A program made the translations under genes and the position numbers. DNA of 64,000 nucleotides, taken from positions 1-64,000 of the forward strand of contig JBGSVZ010000036.1 of the NCBI GenBank assembly GCA_041752695.1, written 5' to 3'. Below, piece after piece: positions 9,991-19,731 of the stretch. The first letter of the stretch is position 1. Each line of letters starts with the position of its first letter. Under the pieces are notes generated by a model that ran no database searches, was not told the DNA's origin, and was given only the letters and a program-made list of their open reading frames with translations. This DNA is from Terrimicrobiaceae bacterium. Lineage in GTDB: Bacteria; Verrucomicrobiota; Verrucomicrobiia; Chthoniobacterales; Terrimicrobiaceae.

Positions 9991-11286
9991 ATGAGTGCCT
10001 CTCCCGTGATTCTACCCGTCAACCGTGCCCTGGCCATCATCATGGGAGGAGGCGCCGGAACGCGCCTTTTCCCGCTGACCATGGAGCGCGCCAAACCCGC
10101 CGTGCCGCTTGGCGGCAAATACCGCCTGGTTGATATCCCGATCAGCAACTGCCTGAACTCCGGCATCCGGAGCATCTACGTGCTCACGCAGTTCAACAGC
10201 ATGTCGCTGCACCGTCATATCAACGCGAGCTACAAGTTCGACAATTTCACGCCGAGTTTTGTCGAAATCCTCGCCGCCCAGCAAACCCCCGAGGGGTCAA
10301 AGTGGTACCAGGGCACCGCCGACGCCGTGCGCCAGAACATGCGCTACTTCCTGGAGAAACCGGCGGACTATTACATCATTCTCAGCGGTGATCAGCTTTA
10401 CCGCATGGACTATCGCCAGATCCTGCGTCAGCACCTGGAGACGGGCACGGACCTCACCATCGCGACCATTCCCGTCAGCCGGGCGGCCGCCTCGGACTTC
10501 GGCATCATGCAGACGGACGAGGACAAAAAGATCATCCGTTTTGTCGAAAAACCCAAGGATCCTGAGAAGCTCGACAGCCTGCGCATTCCTCCGCACCTCT
10601 TGGAAACATTGGGCCACGCCCCCACCGAGGACCTGTATCAGGCCTCCATGGGCATCTATGTTTTCAACCGGAGTGTCCTGCGGGAATGCCTCGACAATGA
10701 CTTTGTTGATTTCGGGAAAAACGTCATCCCGGCCACCATCGAGAAGTACAAGGTCAACGCCTACATTTTCCAGGGCTACTGGGAGGACATTGGAACCATC
10801 GGCGCGTTTTTTGAGGCAAATCTCAACCTCACGGACAACCCGCCCCAGTTTAATTTTAACGTCAATGGGGCTCCGGTGTACACACACCCGCGTTTCCTGC
10901 CCGCCACCGTGGTGCGCGCCGCCCAGGTGGACAAATCCATGATTTCCGACGGCTGCGTGATCGAACAATCGGTGATCGAGCATTGCATCATCGGCATCCG
11001 CTCCATCATCCAGCCGGGAACGACTTTGAAAAATGTCATTCTGATGGGCGCGGATCATTACGAGGCCGACCTGCCGGATACGCCAGGGGCGGCACCGCGG
11101 ATCGGCATCGGCCGCGACTGCCACATCGAAAATGCCATCATCGACAAAAATGCCCGCATCGGTGACAAGGTCGTCATCTCCCCGAAGGGCAAGTCGCCCG
11201 ACACGGACGGCGATGGCTACTACGTGCGCGACGGCATCGTGGTGATCCCGAAAAACAGTATCATTCCGCCGGGAACTTGGATATAG
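9991..11286 (+). CDS. glgC: Glucose-1-phosphate adenylyltransferase
   Basis: GGGAGTRLFPLT..RAKPAVP, WYQGTADAV, FVEKP, ASMGIYVF, YWEDIGT. Confidence 0.96.
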   Translation: MSASPVILPVNRALAIIMGGGAGTRLFPLTMERAKPAVPLGGKYRLVDIPISNCLNSGIRSIYVLTQFNSMSLHRHINASYKFDNFTPSFVEILAAQQTPEGSKWYQGTADAVRQNMRYFLEKPADYYIILSGDQLYRMDYRQILRQHLETGTDLTIATIPVSRAAASDFGIMQTDEDKKIIRFVEKPKDPEKLDSLRIPPHLLETLGHAPTEDLYQASMGIYVFNRSVLRECLDNDFVDFGKNVIPATIEKYKVNAYIFQGYWEDIGTIGAFFEANLNLTDNPPQFNFNVNGAPVYTHPRFLPATVVRAAQVDKSMISDGCVIEQSVIEHCIIGIRSIIQPGTTLKNVILMGADHYEADLPDTPGAAPRIGIGRDCHIENAIIDKNARIGDKVVISPKGKSPDTDGDGYYVRDGIVVIPKNSIIPPGTWI

Positions 11287-11303
11287 CCCTTGCCCGACGA
11301 ACT

Positions 11304-11873
11304 ATGAGGATGAATCTCCGCGCGCTCGCGCTGCTGCTTTTTTCCGTGCTGCTGGCCGGATGTTACGAAAACCCGCTCACGCCCGGGCCGTCCGAGGATC
11401 TCAACACCTGGCTTCTTGGGGTCTGGGAGCATAAGGACGAAAAGGGTAAAGTTTTTCGGGCTGGCGTGATGCCGCTTGATGGAGATCGGTACACCATTTG
11501 GTATCGCGAGTTGGGCAAGCGTCCCAAGGACACCAAGGAATGGCGCTTCGAGGCCTGGACGTCCCGGGTGGGCAATGCCAGCTACCTCACGATGAAATGC
11601 GAGGAATCGGCCGGCAAGATCCCCGTCGGGGCCTTTGCTTTTGCGCATGCCCAGGTGCTGGACCAGACCCATCTCATCATGCGGCCGCTGCAGCTCGACT
11701 CCGGCCCGGAGGCCACCAGCAAAGAGCTGCGGGCGGAAGTCCGCACGAAGCAAAAGGACCGCTCGCTACTTCCCGAAAAGGGCAGCGTCTGGACCCGGAT
11801 TGCCGAAGTCTATTGGCGTCCCGGAGACGAGGGAGAGGGCTCCTTTGAGCCGATTCGTTTCCCAAATAAGTAG
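11304..11873 (+). CDS. Hypothetical lipoprotein
   Basis: Basic N-terminus, hydrophobic stretch and lipobox LLAGC. Confidence 0.75.
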   Translation: MRMNLRALALLLFSVLLAGCYENPLTPGPSEDLNTWLLGVWEHKDEKGKVFRAGVMPLDGDRYTIWYRELGKRPKDTKEWRFEAWTSRVGNASYLTMKCEESAGKIPVGAFAFAHAQVLDQTHLIMRPLQLDSGPEATSKELRAEVRTKQKDRSLLPEKGSVWTRIAEVYWRPGDEGEGSFEPIRFPNK

Positions 11874-11915
11874 GAGCGAGACGCGCAACACGCGCCCACT
11901 TTCCGATACGCTGCA

Positions 11916-12362
11916 ATGCCCGTTCCCGACCCCGCCCGTTGTCGCCGCGCTGCCACAGCTGCCGTTGTTTTTGATTCCAACGGCCACGTTTTGCTCCATC
12001 GCCGCACGGACAACGGTCATTGGGCCCTCCCCGGCGGCTCGATCGAGACCGGGGAAACTGCGGACCAAACCATCGTCCGCGAGGTTCGGGAGGAAACCGG
12101 GTTTGAGGTGGAAGTTGTGCGCCTGATAGGCGTTTATTCGGATCCCAACCACACCACCATGACCTACCCGGACGGCAATACCGTCTCCTACGTGAGTGTT
12201 CTTTTTGAGTGTCGGGTCCTGGGCGGTGAAGCCACCCTGTGTGACGAGTCGAGTGCAGTGGAATGGTTCGACCCCGAAAATTTGCCGGAACCCTTCCATG
12301 CCGGACATGTGCCTCGCATTAAGGATGCGCTGACCCATCGGACGGCCGCTTTTTATCGCTGA
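11916..12362 (+). CDS. Nudix hydrolase
   Basis: Nudix box GGSIETGETADQTIVREVREETG. Confidence 0.9.
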   Translation: MPVPDPARCRRAATAAVVFDSNGHVLLHRRTDNGHWALPGGSIETGETADQTIVREVREETGFEVEVVRLIGVYSDPNHTTMTYPDGNTVSYVSVLFECRVLGGEATLCDESSAVEWFDPENLPEPFHAGHVPRIKDALTHRTAAFYR

Positions 12363-12463
12363 AAAGCGACTCGATTGGGCGTTGAAATGGAGAATTTTCG
12401 CCATTCAACTGCCTATCCCTCAGCAAGTTGCGCGTTCTTGACCATTTTTCTGAAAAAATTCCC

Positions 12464-12491
12464 TTGCGCTGCGCGAATGATTAGGTAATCT
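12464..12491 (+). promoter_or_regulatory. Candidate sigma70 promoter
   Basis: TTGCGC-16 nt-TAATCT preceded by an A/T tract (12445-12460). Confidence 0.4.
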
Positions 12492-12513
12492 TATAAATGT
12501 TCTGGGGGGAACA

Positions 12514-12554
12514 GCAGGCCGCTGAAGCAATCGTTTCGGCGGCCTGCACTTTTT
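12514..12554 (+). terminator. Intrinsic terminator
   Basis: GCAGGCCGCTGAAGC-AATC-GTTTCGGCGGCCTGC stem followed by ACTTTTT. Confidence 0.75.
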
Positions 12555-12654
12555 ATAGGCGGAGTGTTTGGGCGGTTTACCAGAAGCGTCTGACCCCCAG
12601 GGTTGGGACATTTCTCACCGCGTGGACTCCCTGTCGATCAGGACGTGTCCCGCG

Positions 12655-12927
12655 CTATTCCGCCTGGGGGAGAGATTCGCGATAATACACCGCGGTGTAG
12701 CCGACCTGTTGGACGAGCAGGCTGGCGGATTTTTCGGCCAGCTCTTTGGCCACGGTTTTGCGTTCGTCCTTAAACCCCTCGAAGCGCACTTTCAATAATT
12801 TGGCGCGCGTGAGCGCATCGTCGAAGGCTGCGAGAAATTCCGGGGTGAGTCCCGCCTTGCCGAGGCGGATGGCCGGTTTGAGGGCTTGGGCGCGCACCTT
12901 GAGGTCGCGGAGATTGGGTTCCGACAT
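12655..12927 (-). CDS. yhbY: YhbY/CRM-domain RNA-binding protein
   Basis: 90 aa; LKPAIRLGKAGLT, LLKVRF, QQVGYTAVYYR. Confidence 0.85.
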   Translation of the reverse strand: MSEPNLRDLKVRAQALKPAIRLGKAGLTPEFLAAFDDALTRAKLLKVRFEGFKDERKTVAKELAEKSASLLVQQVGYTAVYYRESLPQAE

Positions 12928-13009
12928 GATTCCGGCATTTTGAGACGGCCGGGAAAATCGGAAAGACAAAACGCTGCTAGCCCGCCGCGAGTTTCGGTAT
13001 GCTGCCGTC

Positions 13010-13360
13010 ATGTCCACGAGCATCGAAACCCTCACGGCCGAGATCCGCTCCTTTCGCGACGCGCGCGACTGGCTGCAATTTCACAATCCCAAGGAACTGG
13101 CGGTGGCCATCACCGCCGAGGCGGGGGAGCTGCTCCAGCATTTCGTCTGGCAGAGCCCGGACCAGTCCGTCCAGCGCGTGACCGAGCGCCGCGTCGCCAT
13201 CGCATCCGAGATGGCCGATGTGGCGATTCTGCTTTTTGAGATGGCCGACAACTGCGGGATCGATCTGGCCGCGGCCATGCGGGAGAAGCTGGCCCAGAAC
13301 GAGGAACGGTACCCGGTCGCGAAGGCTCACGGCTCGAATAAAAAATACAACGAATTGTGA
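13010..13360 (+). CDS. MazG-like nucleotide pyrophosphohydrolase (dCTPase family)
   Basis: RDWLQFHNPKEL...EAGEL...EMADV...NEERYP. Confidence 0.9.
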   Translation: MSTSIETLTAEIRSFRDARDWLQFHNPKELAVAITAEAGELLQHFVWQSPDQSVQRVTERRVAIASEMADVAILLFEMADNCGIDLAAAMREKLAQNEERYPVAKAHGSNKKYNEL

Positions 13361-14379
13361 GCGACGAGCCGGCCACCCCCCACCGCCGCAGACCGCGCTA
13401 TGCGGGAAAAAACCCCCGGCGATTCGAGGAAAAATACAAGGAGCTTCAGCCCGAAAAGTATCCCGAGACGGTCGGCCGCGTCCTGGCCTCGGGTAAAACT
13501 CCGGCCGGCATGCATGTTCCCATCATGGTGCGTGAGGTCCTCGAGGTCCTTTCGCCCCAACCGGGAGATCGCGTGATCGACTGCACCCTGGGATACGGCG
13601 GACATGCCCGGGAGCTTCTCGCCGCGATCCGGCCCGGGGGTCACCTGCTCGGTCTCGATGTCGATCCGCTGGAACAGCCTCGCACCGAAGAGCGGCTGCG
13701 GGCCCTCGGATTCGGGCCGGACGTCTTTTCCGTGCGCCGGGCGAACTTTGCCGCGTTGCCCCGCATCGTTGCGGAAACCGGCCCCGCCGACGGCCTGCTC
13801 GCCGATCTCGGCGTTTCCTCCATGCAAATCGACACCCCGGCGCGCGGGTTTTCGGTGAAGACTCCCGGTCCGCTCGACATGCGCATGAATCCCGCCAAAG
13901 GTCGTCCCGCCTCGGAGTTTCTCGCGCAGCTCCCTCCCGCGGACCTCGCCAGCCTGCTTCACGAAAACGCCGACGAACCCCGCGCGGAATGGCTCGCCGC
14001 CAAACTTGCCGGCCGCACCTTTACTCTGACCACAGATCTGGCGGACGCCATCCGTGCCGCTGTCTCGCGACTTCCCGAAGGCGAACAGGAAAAATCCGTG
14101 CGCCGGGTATTCCAGGCCGTGCGGATTGCGGTGAACGAGGAATTTGGCGCGCTCGACACCCTGCTCCGCCACCTGCCGGACTGCCTCGCTCCGGGCGGGC
14201 GCGTTGCCATTCTCACCTTTCACTCCGGGGAAGACCGGCGGGTCAAAAGATCCTTCGAAGCTGCGCAGCACGAAGGTCGTTACACCGCGATTGCCAGCGA
14301 GGTCCTCCGGGCCTCCGCGGAAGAAACCCGCGCCAACCCCCGCTCCACCTCGGCCAAACTCCGCTGGGCCCGCCGATGA
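13357..14379 (+). CDS. rsmH: RsmH-family methyltransferase with basic N-terminal extension
   Basis: HVPIM, DCTLGYGGH, DLGVSSMQID, PLDMRM, FHSGEDRRVK, NPRSTSAKLR; located outside a dcw cluster. Confidence 0.85.
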   Translation: MSDEPATPHRRRPRYAGKNPRRFEEKYKELQPEKYPETVGRVLASGKTPAGMHVPIMVREVLEVLSPQPGDRVIDCTLGYGGHARELLAAIRPGGHLLGLDVDPLEQPRTEERLRALGFGPDVFSVRRANFAALPRIVAETGPADGLLADLGVSSMQIDTPARGFSVKTPGPLDMRMNPAKGRPASEFLAQLPPADLASLLHENADEPRAEWLAAKLAGRTFTLTTDLADAIRAAVSRLPEGEQEKSVRRVFQAVRIAVNEEFGALDTLLRHLPDCLAPGGRVAILTFHSGEDRRVKRSFEAAQHEGRYTAIASEVLRASAEETRANPRSTSAKLRWARR

Positions 14380-15602
14380 AAGCTCTCGCCATCATCGGTG
14401 GCGGACCCGCCGGCTTGCGTGCCGCCGAAGTCGCCTCTGCGGCGGGTGTCGCCGTCACCCTTTTTGATGCCAAATCCTCCGTGGGCCGGAAATTTCTCGT
14501 GGCCGGGAAAGGCGGCCTCAACCTCACCAAAGCCGAACCGCTCGAAGACTTTCTCTCTCACTACGACGGTCCCTATCTCCCGCGGGAAACCTGGAATGAC
14601 ATCGTGCGGGATTTCCCGCCCGAGGCCCTGCGCACCTGGGCGGCCGGATTGGGGGTGGAAACCTTCACCGCCTCCACCGGCCGGGTCTATCCGCGCGAAA
14701 TGAAGGCCGCCCCGCTCCTACGCCGCTGGGTCCATCGTCTGCGGGACGCGGGAGTCCACTTTGCCATGCGTCACCGTTGGCGCGGACTCACTCTGCCTCT
14801 TTCGCTGGCCTTTGACACCGACCACGGTCTCCTCAACCACTCCGCCGACGCGGTCGTTCTAGCGCTGGGTGGAGGATCCTGGCCGGAGACCGGTTCCGAC
14901 GGCGCCTGGGTGACGGCCCTGCGTGAAGCGGGTGGCGACGTGGCCCCTCTGCAACCGGCCAACTGCGGCTGGGAGGTTGCCTGGCCCGCCGAGTTCCTGG
15001 CCGTCGCAGAAGGTCAGCCCTTAAAAAATGTCCACGTTTCGGCCGACGAGACCACCGCGTTCGGCGAGCTTCTTATCACCCGCTACGGCCTCGAAGGCGG
15101 CGCGCTTTATCAACTCGGTGCCATCCTGCGCACGATGGCGCAACCGCGGATTGTGATTGACCTGAAACCCGACGTCGATCCCTCCACCCTCGCCCGCAAA
15201 CTCGGCCCGCTGCGTCGCAATTTCCTTGCGGAAGCCCGCACGCGCTGGCGGCTGAGCGACGCCGCTTTTGCCCTACTCGAACACAGCGGGAATTCGTGCG
15301 ATTCTGCCGAATCCCTGGCCCGGCTGACCAAAGCCGTTCCGGTGGCCCTGGTCTCGCCCAGGCCTATTGCCGAAGCCATTTCTTCCGCGGGCGGCGTGCG
15401 CTGGTCCGCCCTCAATGCCAACCTCATGATCCGCTCCCTGCCCGGTGTTTTCTGCGCCGGTGAAATGATCGACTGGGAAGCGCCCACCGGCGGGTATCTC
15501 ATCCAGGGATGTTTCGCGTCGGGCACCCGCGCCGGGACTGCCGCCGTGGCGTGGCTGCAGAAGCCATCAGGAACCTTATTTTCCGATCAAAATGACGGTT
15601 GA
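14376..15602 (+). CDS. HI0933/BaiN-family flavoprotein
   Basis: IIGGGPAG FAD motif, GRKFLVAGKGGLNLT, GEMIDWEAPTGGYL; ATGA overlap with the rsmH paralogue. Confidence 0.88.
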   Translation: MKALAIIGGGPAGLRAAEVASAAGVAVTLFDAKSSVGRKFLVAGKGGLNLTKAEPLEDFLSHYDGPYLPRETWNDIVRDFPPEALRTWAAGLGVETFTASTGRVYPREMKAAPLLRRWVHRLRDAGVHFAMRHRWRGLTLPLSLAFDTDHGLLNHSADAVVLALGGGSWPETGSDGAWVTALREAGGDVAPLQPANCGWEVAWPAEFLAVAEGQPLKNVHVSADETTAFGELLITRYGLEGGALYQLGAILRTMAQPRIVIDLKPDVDPSTLARKLGPLRRNFLAEARTRWRLSDAAFALLEHSGNSCDSAESLARLTKAVPVALVSPRPIAEAISSAGGVRWSALNANLMIRSLPGVFCAGEMIDWEAPTGGYLIQGCFASGTRAGTAAVAWLQKPSGTLFSDQNDG

Positions 15603-17705
15603 TCGCTCGGTCAGGGTGACCGTCTTGATTGGCCCGAGTCTCGTTTCTCCACCGGGCTCGGCAATATCGGCCGGGGACTCCCGCGCGGTGTCGAGGTAGC
15701 GGAACCATTCCATACTCCGCGGCAGAACCGGGAGGGTGAATTCCAGGGGTTCGTGGTACATGTTGAAGACGCAGTAGATAAAATGTGACGGCCCTCCCGC
15801 CGCGGCGCCATGGCGGCCGCAGAGCATGAAGGCAATCGTCCGGCTGGGGAGGCTCCAGTCCGGCTTCCAAGGCAGAATGCCATGCCAGGAGATGTCCGGG
15901 TACCCGCTGCCGATGCAATCGCGTCCGGTCAGAAATTCCGGCTGGCGCAGTGCCGCATTGGCCTTGCGGAAGGCGATGAGATTTTTGGTGAACCGCAGCA
16001 GGCCGGCGTGTTTGTCCTTCAGGGTCCAGTCGAACCAATTCCAGTCCTCGTCCTGGCAGTAGGCATTGTTGTTGCCGCCTTGGGTGCGGGAGCATTCGTC
16101 GCCCATGGAAAGCATGGGCACTCCCTGACTGACAAACAGCAGGGTGAGCGCGTTTTTTTGCAAGCGAAGGCGCAGGGCATTGATCGTGGGATCGTCCGTC
16201 TCGCCCTCGACGCCGCAGTTCCAGCTATTGTTGTCGTTGGCACCGTCGTTGTTGTTCTCGCCGTTGTCGAGGTTGTGTTTGTCGTTGTAGGAAAACAGGT
16301 CGCGCAGGGTGAAGCCGTCGTGGCAGGTGATGAAATTGATCGACGCCGTCGGTTTGCGTCCGGCGCCCGCATACATATCGGGCGATCCCATGATGCGCTG
16401 GACGATTTCGCCGACCACGCCGCGGTCGCCCTTGAGAAACCGTCTGGCCGCGTCGCGATACCGTCCGTTCCATTCCATCCAGCGGCCGTACGAAGGAAAG
16501 TTTCCCACCTGATACAAACCGCCCGCGTCCCACGCCTCGGCAATGAGGTCGCAATGGGCCAGGACGGGATCATAAGCGAGAGATTCCAGGAGCGGGGGAT
16601 TGGCCAGCGGAGCGCCGTGCGAATCGCGGCCGAGGACGGAGGCGAGGTCAAACCGGAAGCCGTCGATATGGTACTCCGCCGCCCAATAGCGCAGGCAGCC
16701 AATGACAAACCCACGCACGACGGGATGGTTGCAATTCACGGTGTTGCCGCAGCCGGTGTAGTTGGCGTAGGCCCCCTTGCTGTCGAGCATGTAGTAGGTC
16801 TTGTTGTCGATCCCGCGGAAGGAAAGGGTCGGCCCGCCATCGCCGCCTTCGGCCGTGTGGTTGAAGACCACATCCAACACCACCTCGATATCCGCCTCGT
16901 GTAGGGCACGAATGAGTTCCTTTAACTCCTGCACCTGCGTGCCATGCCGCCCCGTAGCGGCAAATCCCGCCTTGGGGGCAAAAAATCCCAACGTGCTGTA
17001 ACCCCAGTAGTTACACAGCGTCTCTCCCGTCATGGGGTTCGTGCGGGCATTTTCCAGTTCGTCGAATTCGAAAATCGGCATCAACTCCACGCAATTGATC
17101 CCGAGGTCCTTGAGGTAGGGGATTTTGGCCCGCATGGCGTCGAACGTGCCGGGGTGTTTGGCGTCCGCGGTGGGGTGCGCGGTGAACCCGCGCAAGTGCA
17201 TCTCATAGATGACCAACTCGCTCTCCGGGCGCTTGAGCGGACGGTCGTGCGCCCACTCGAAGTGTTCGAAAGGGATGCGTCCGCGAAAGGGATAAATCTC
17301 CTCCGCCTCAGTGGGTTCCTTCCAGACATTGCGCCCGCCGATCTCGCGGGCGTAGGGATCGAGCAGGATGAATTTGGGATCGAAATGCAGGCCGTTGTGC
17401 GGGGCGTGTTCACCGTCGAAGCGGAAGCCGTATTCGAGCTGCTCGTAGTTCACGTCAAACACCGTGACCGCCCACACATTGCCCAGCCGGAATTCCGGCG
17501 GCAGTGGAATCTCGGCGAAGGGGGTCGGCGCGTTTTTGGCAAAGAGCACAAGCACGCAGGACTCCGCATGGGCGGAAAAAATGGAAAAGTTCACGCCGCC
17601 CGGCACGTGGCTGGCTCCGAAGGGCATGGGGTGGCCGTAGCGCAGGCGGAATTCCCCGTGCATGTGGGTGTGAGGCTGTGGTTGGGACATCGAAGAGGTG
17701 TTCAT
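15576..17705 (-). CDS. glgX: Glycogen debranching enzyme / isoamylase (GH13)
   Basis: NYWGY, DVVFNHTAEG, DGFRFDLAS, AEAWD, NFITCHDGFTL, GNNNAYCQD. Confidence 0.95.
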   Translation of the reverse strand: MNTSSMSQPQPHTHMHGEFRLRYGHPMPFGASHVPGGVNFSIFSAHAESCVLVLFAKNAPTPFAEIPLPPEFRLGNVWAVTVFDVNYEQLEYGFRFDGEHAPHNGLHFDPKFILLDPYAREIGGRNVWKEPTEAEEIYPFRGRIPFEHFEWAHDRPLKRPESELVIYEMHLRGFTAHPTADAKHPGTFDAMRAKIPYLKDLGINCVELMPIFEFDELENARTNPMTGETLCNYWGYSTLGFFAPKAGFAATGRHGTQVQELKELIRALHEADIEVVLDVVFNHTAEGGDGGPTLSFRGIDNKTYYMLDSKGAYANYTGCGNTVNCNHPVVRGFVIGCLRYWAAEYHIDGFRFDLASVLGRDSHGAPLANPPLLESLAYDPVLAHCDLIAEAWDAGGLYQVGNFPSYGRWMEWNGRYRDAARRFLKGDRGVVGEIVQRIMGSPDMYAGAGRKPTASINFITCHDGFTLRDLFSYNDKHNLDNGENNNDGANDNNSWNCGVEGETDDPTINALRLRLQKNALTLLFVSQGVPMLSMGDECSRTQGGNNNAYCQDEDWNWFDWTLKDKHAGLLRFTKNLIAFRKANAALRQPEFLTGRDCIGSGYPDISWHGILPWKPDWSLPSRTIAFMLCGRHGAAAGGPSHFIYCVFNMYHEPLEFTLPVLPRSMEWFRYLDTARESPADIAEPGGETRLGPIKTVTLTERSTVILIGK

Positions 17706-18772
17706 GAAGAGCAAGATTCGTGCGCAGGGAGGACGGAGCGGATCGCCGCCGCGGCCCGGGCCGGAGGAAGGCCGGCGTGCCATTTGGGTTTTTTTCCGCC
17801 GGGCGGGGGAAGGTCGGGCGACAACCAGATCTGTCTTTCCCCACGTTGCCAGGGGCCAAACATGCCGCGATGCAGGCCGGAAAAAAGCACCACCGTCGGG
17901 CGGTCGAGGGCGGTGGCGAAATGCGCCGCGGCCGTGTCCACACTCACCATCAACTCCGCCCCCGCGATCACCCGCAAAAACGCCGGCAAATCGTCGGGCA
18001 AAAATATCCCCGCTCGCGCAAAGCCGTCGGCGTGCAGCATGGCCAGCAGTTCCTGCAACTTGGGCACGTCGGATTTTACGCCGACGAGACGGATTTCCTT
18101 GGTCATCGCCTCCGGACGGAGTTCCGCAAAAATTTCCCGCCAGCGCGCAAACGGATAGACCTTCGACTGCAGATTGGTGATGGGTGCGCAGACCCAGTAG
18201 CCGGATTCCCCCGGGGCGGGGGCCCGCAAATCCGGCAGCACTTCGGCAGGCGCGACTGGGCGGCCCAGCAGCTTTTCCACCACCACACGGTTCGCTTCAA
18301 TTTCCAGGGGCAATTCTGCGGCGATAGGATAGGGCACCAGCTCAGGACGCATCAATCGTGCAGCGGCTCCCTCCACGGCCGCGCGCACTTTGCGGCCACT
18401 ACGCAATAGGATGTTTTCGCAGGCGACGTAGCGTTTCGCCCCGGCCGAATAGAACAAAAATGTCTCCAGGTAGTTGCGCATGCTGCGGAAACAGACCGCC
18501 GCGTCGAAATCTTGCCCGCGGAGTTTTCCCCAGAGGGGCAGGCAGACGAAAAAATTCCAGACGAAGAGATTGATCACCTTGCGCACCGCCGCGGTGGGCA
18601 GTTCAAGCACCCGGGCCTGGGGAAACTGATCGCGCGCCAGCGGCACGAGGATCGTCTTGACGCAAAGCGTGAGGTTTTTCTCTCCCCACTCCCGTGCCAG
18701 CAGACGAATCGCCCCGGTCGCGAGCACAAAATCCCCGATGCCATCTGGCTTGAATACAAAGACGCGCACCAT
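17702..18772 (-). CDS. Glycosyltransferase family 9 (heptosyltransferase-like)
   Basis: DGIGDFV N-terminus; SVDTAAAHFATALDRPTVVLF. Confidence 0.85.
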   Translation of the reverse strand: MVRVFVFKPDGIGDFVLATGAIRLLAREWGEKNLTLCVKTILVPLARDQFPQARVLELPTAAVRKVINLFVWNFFVCLPLWGKLRGQDFDAAVCFRSMRNYLETFLFYSAGAKRYVACENILLRSGRKVRAAVEGAAARLMRPELVPYPIAAELPLEIEANRVVVEKLLGRPVAPAEVLPDLRAPAPGESGYWVCAPITNLQSKVYPFARWREIFAELRPEAMTKEIRLVGVKSDVPKLQELLAMLHADGFARAGIFLPDDLPAFLRVIAGAELMVSVDTAAAHFATALDRPTVVLFSGLHRGMFGPWQRGERQIWLSPDLPPPGGKKPKWHAGLPPARAAAAIRSVLPAHESCSS

Positions 18773-18937
18773 CCGGCACCAGTCTCCCGGCTGCGCCGTT
18801 TTACTCAAGACCGTTTTTCCAGAGTTGCCAGCGGGTGGCGGTTGCGGGTTAGTGACGTCCGCGGGGCAGAGGTTCGCGCTTATCAAGACCCTGATCACGC
18901 TGGGCCATGGTCAAACTCATCCGGCCCGGGTTGATGT

Positions 18938-19057
18938 CGTCCCCAGTGAGCTATCCCTGCTTGCTTTCGGCATGGTTCCATGCCCGCGAAGCGGATCAGT
19001 AGGAACCATGCGGAAAGTCCCGAAGGGACAGGGATTAGCTCGACTGGTCGGTTCGAC
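18938..19057 (-). other. attC recombination site (integron 59-be)
   Basis: Minus strand reads R'' GTCGAAC, 5 nt, L'' AGTCGAGC, long stem, L' GCTCACT, 6 nt, G; the fold has extrahelical G (19042) and T (19035/6). Confidence 0.8.
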
Positions 19058-19065
19058 ATTTTTAT

Positions 19066-19731
19066 TCACCAGTTCATTGTCCCAATAAACTTGCCATACA
19101 ACAACAGCCTCAGGATGGAGTCTGGTCGCCGCACTCGACTGGCCCAGCACAGCGGAGATTCTCCATGCGCATCCTTGATGCTTGGGTCGGCTCCGTGATC
19201 CAAAAGATGCCGAATCATAAGCTCATCACCGTGAATCGCAGCGCGATGTAATGGGGTCTCTCCGCGAACACAGATATCTCTCATGTAGGCAAGTGTCGGG
19301 ATGCTGACATTGGCAGGGCGGTTGGGGTCGCCTCCGGCGGCCAGAAGAAGTCTTACACATTCTGTTCGGCCGGGCTTATGCCCCATGGAAGTGGCATAGT
19401 GAAGCGGCGTTTCTCCTGATGGAGCGCATCCCAGGTTTGGGTCAACCTGATGCTCAAGCAAAACCTGAACTACGGCTGCATCTCCTTCATATGACCATAA
19501 ATCAAGTGCGGAAGCCTGATCATACGCGGGAAGGTGGGGATCAGCGCCATTCGCTAGCAGGCAGCGAACTACGGCTACTCTGTCTCCTTCTCCGGGATGT
19601 GCAACAGCACGAAATCCGCCGTCCACAAGGCAGTTTACATCGGCTCCTTCACTAATCACTTTCTTGATTGATTCAATATCGCCCTCGCGGGTGCCCTTCA
19701 ACAAACGTTGCTCTTTGGTCATAGGGGTCAT
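19066..19731 (-). CDS. Ankyrin repeat protein
   Basis: Repeated GETPLH/GESPL and LL..GADP motifs; visibly more AT-rich than its neighbours. Confidence 0.9.
   Translation of the reverse strand: MTPMTKEQRLLKGTREGDIESIKKVISEGADVNCLVDGGFRAVAHPGEGDRVAVVRCLLANGADPHLPAYDQASALDLWSYEGDAAVVQVLLEHQVDPNLGCAPSGETPLHYATSMGHKPGRTECVRLLLAAGGDPNRPANVSIPTLAYMRDICVRGETPLHRAAIHGDELMIRHLLDHGADPSIKDAHGESPLCWASRVRRPDSILRLLLYGKFIGTMNW

Noticed and set aside
8171..9994. 607-aa ORF antisense to glmS (likewise 1154-2929, 3796-5286, 22997-24436, 26452-27858)
   Set aside because: Shadow ORFs of GC-rich genes, with no motifs and lying opposite well-supported CDSs
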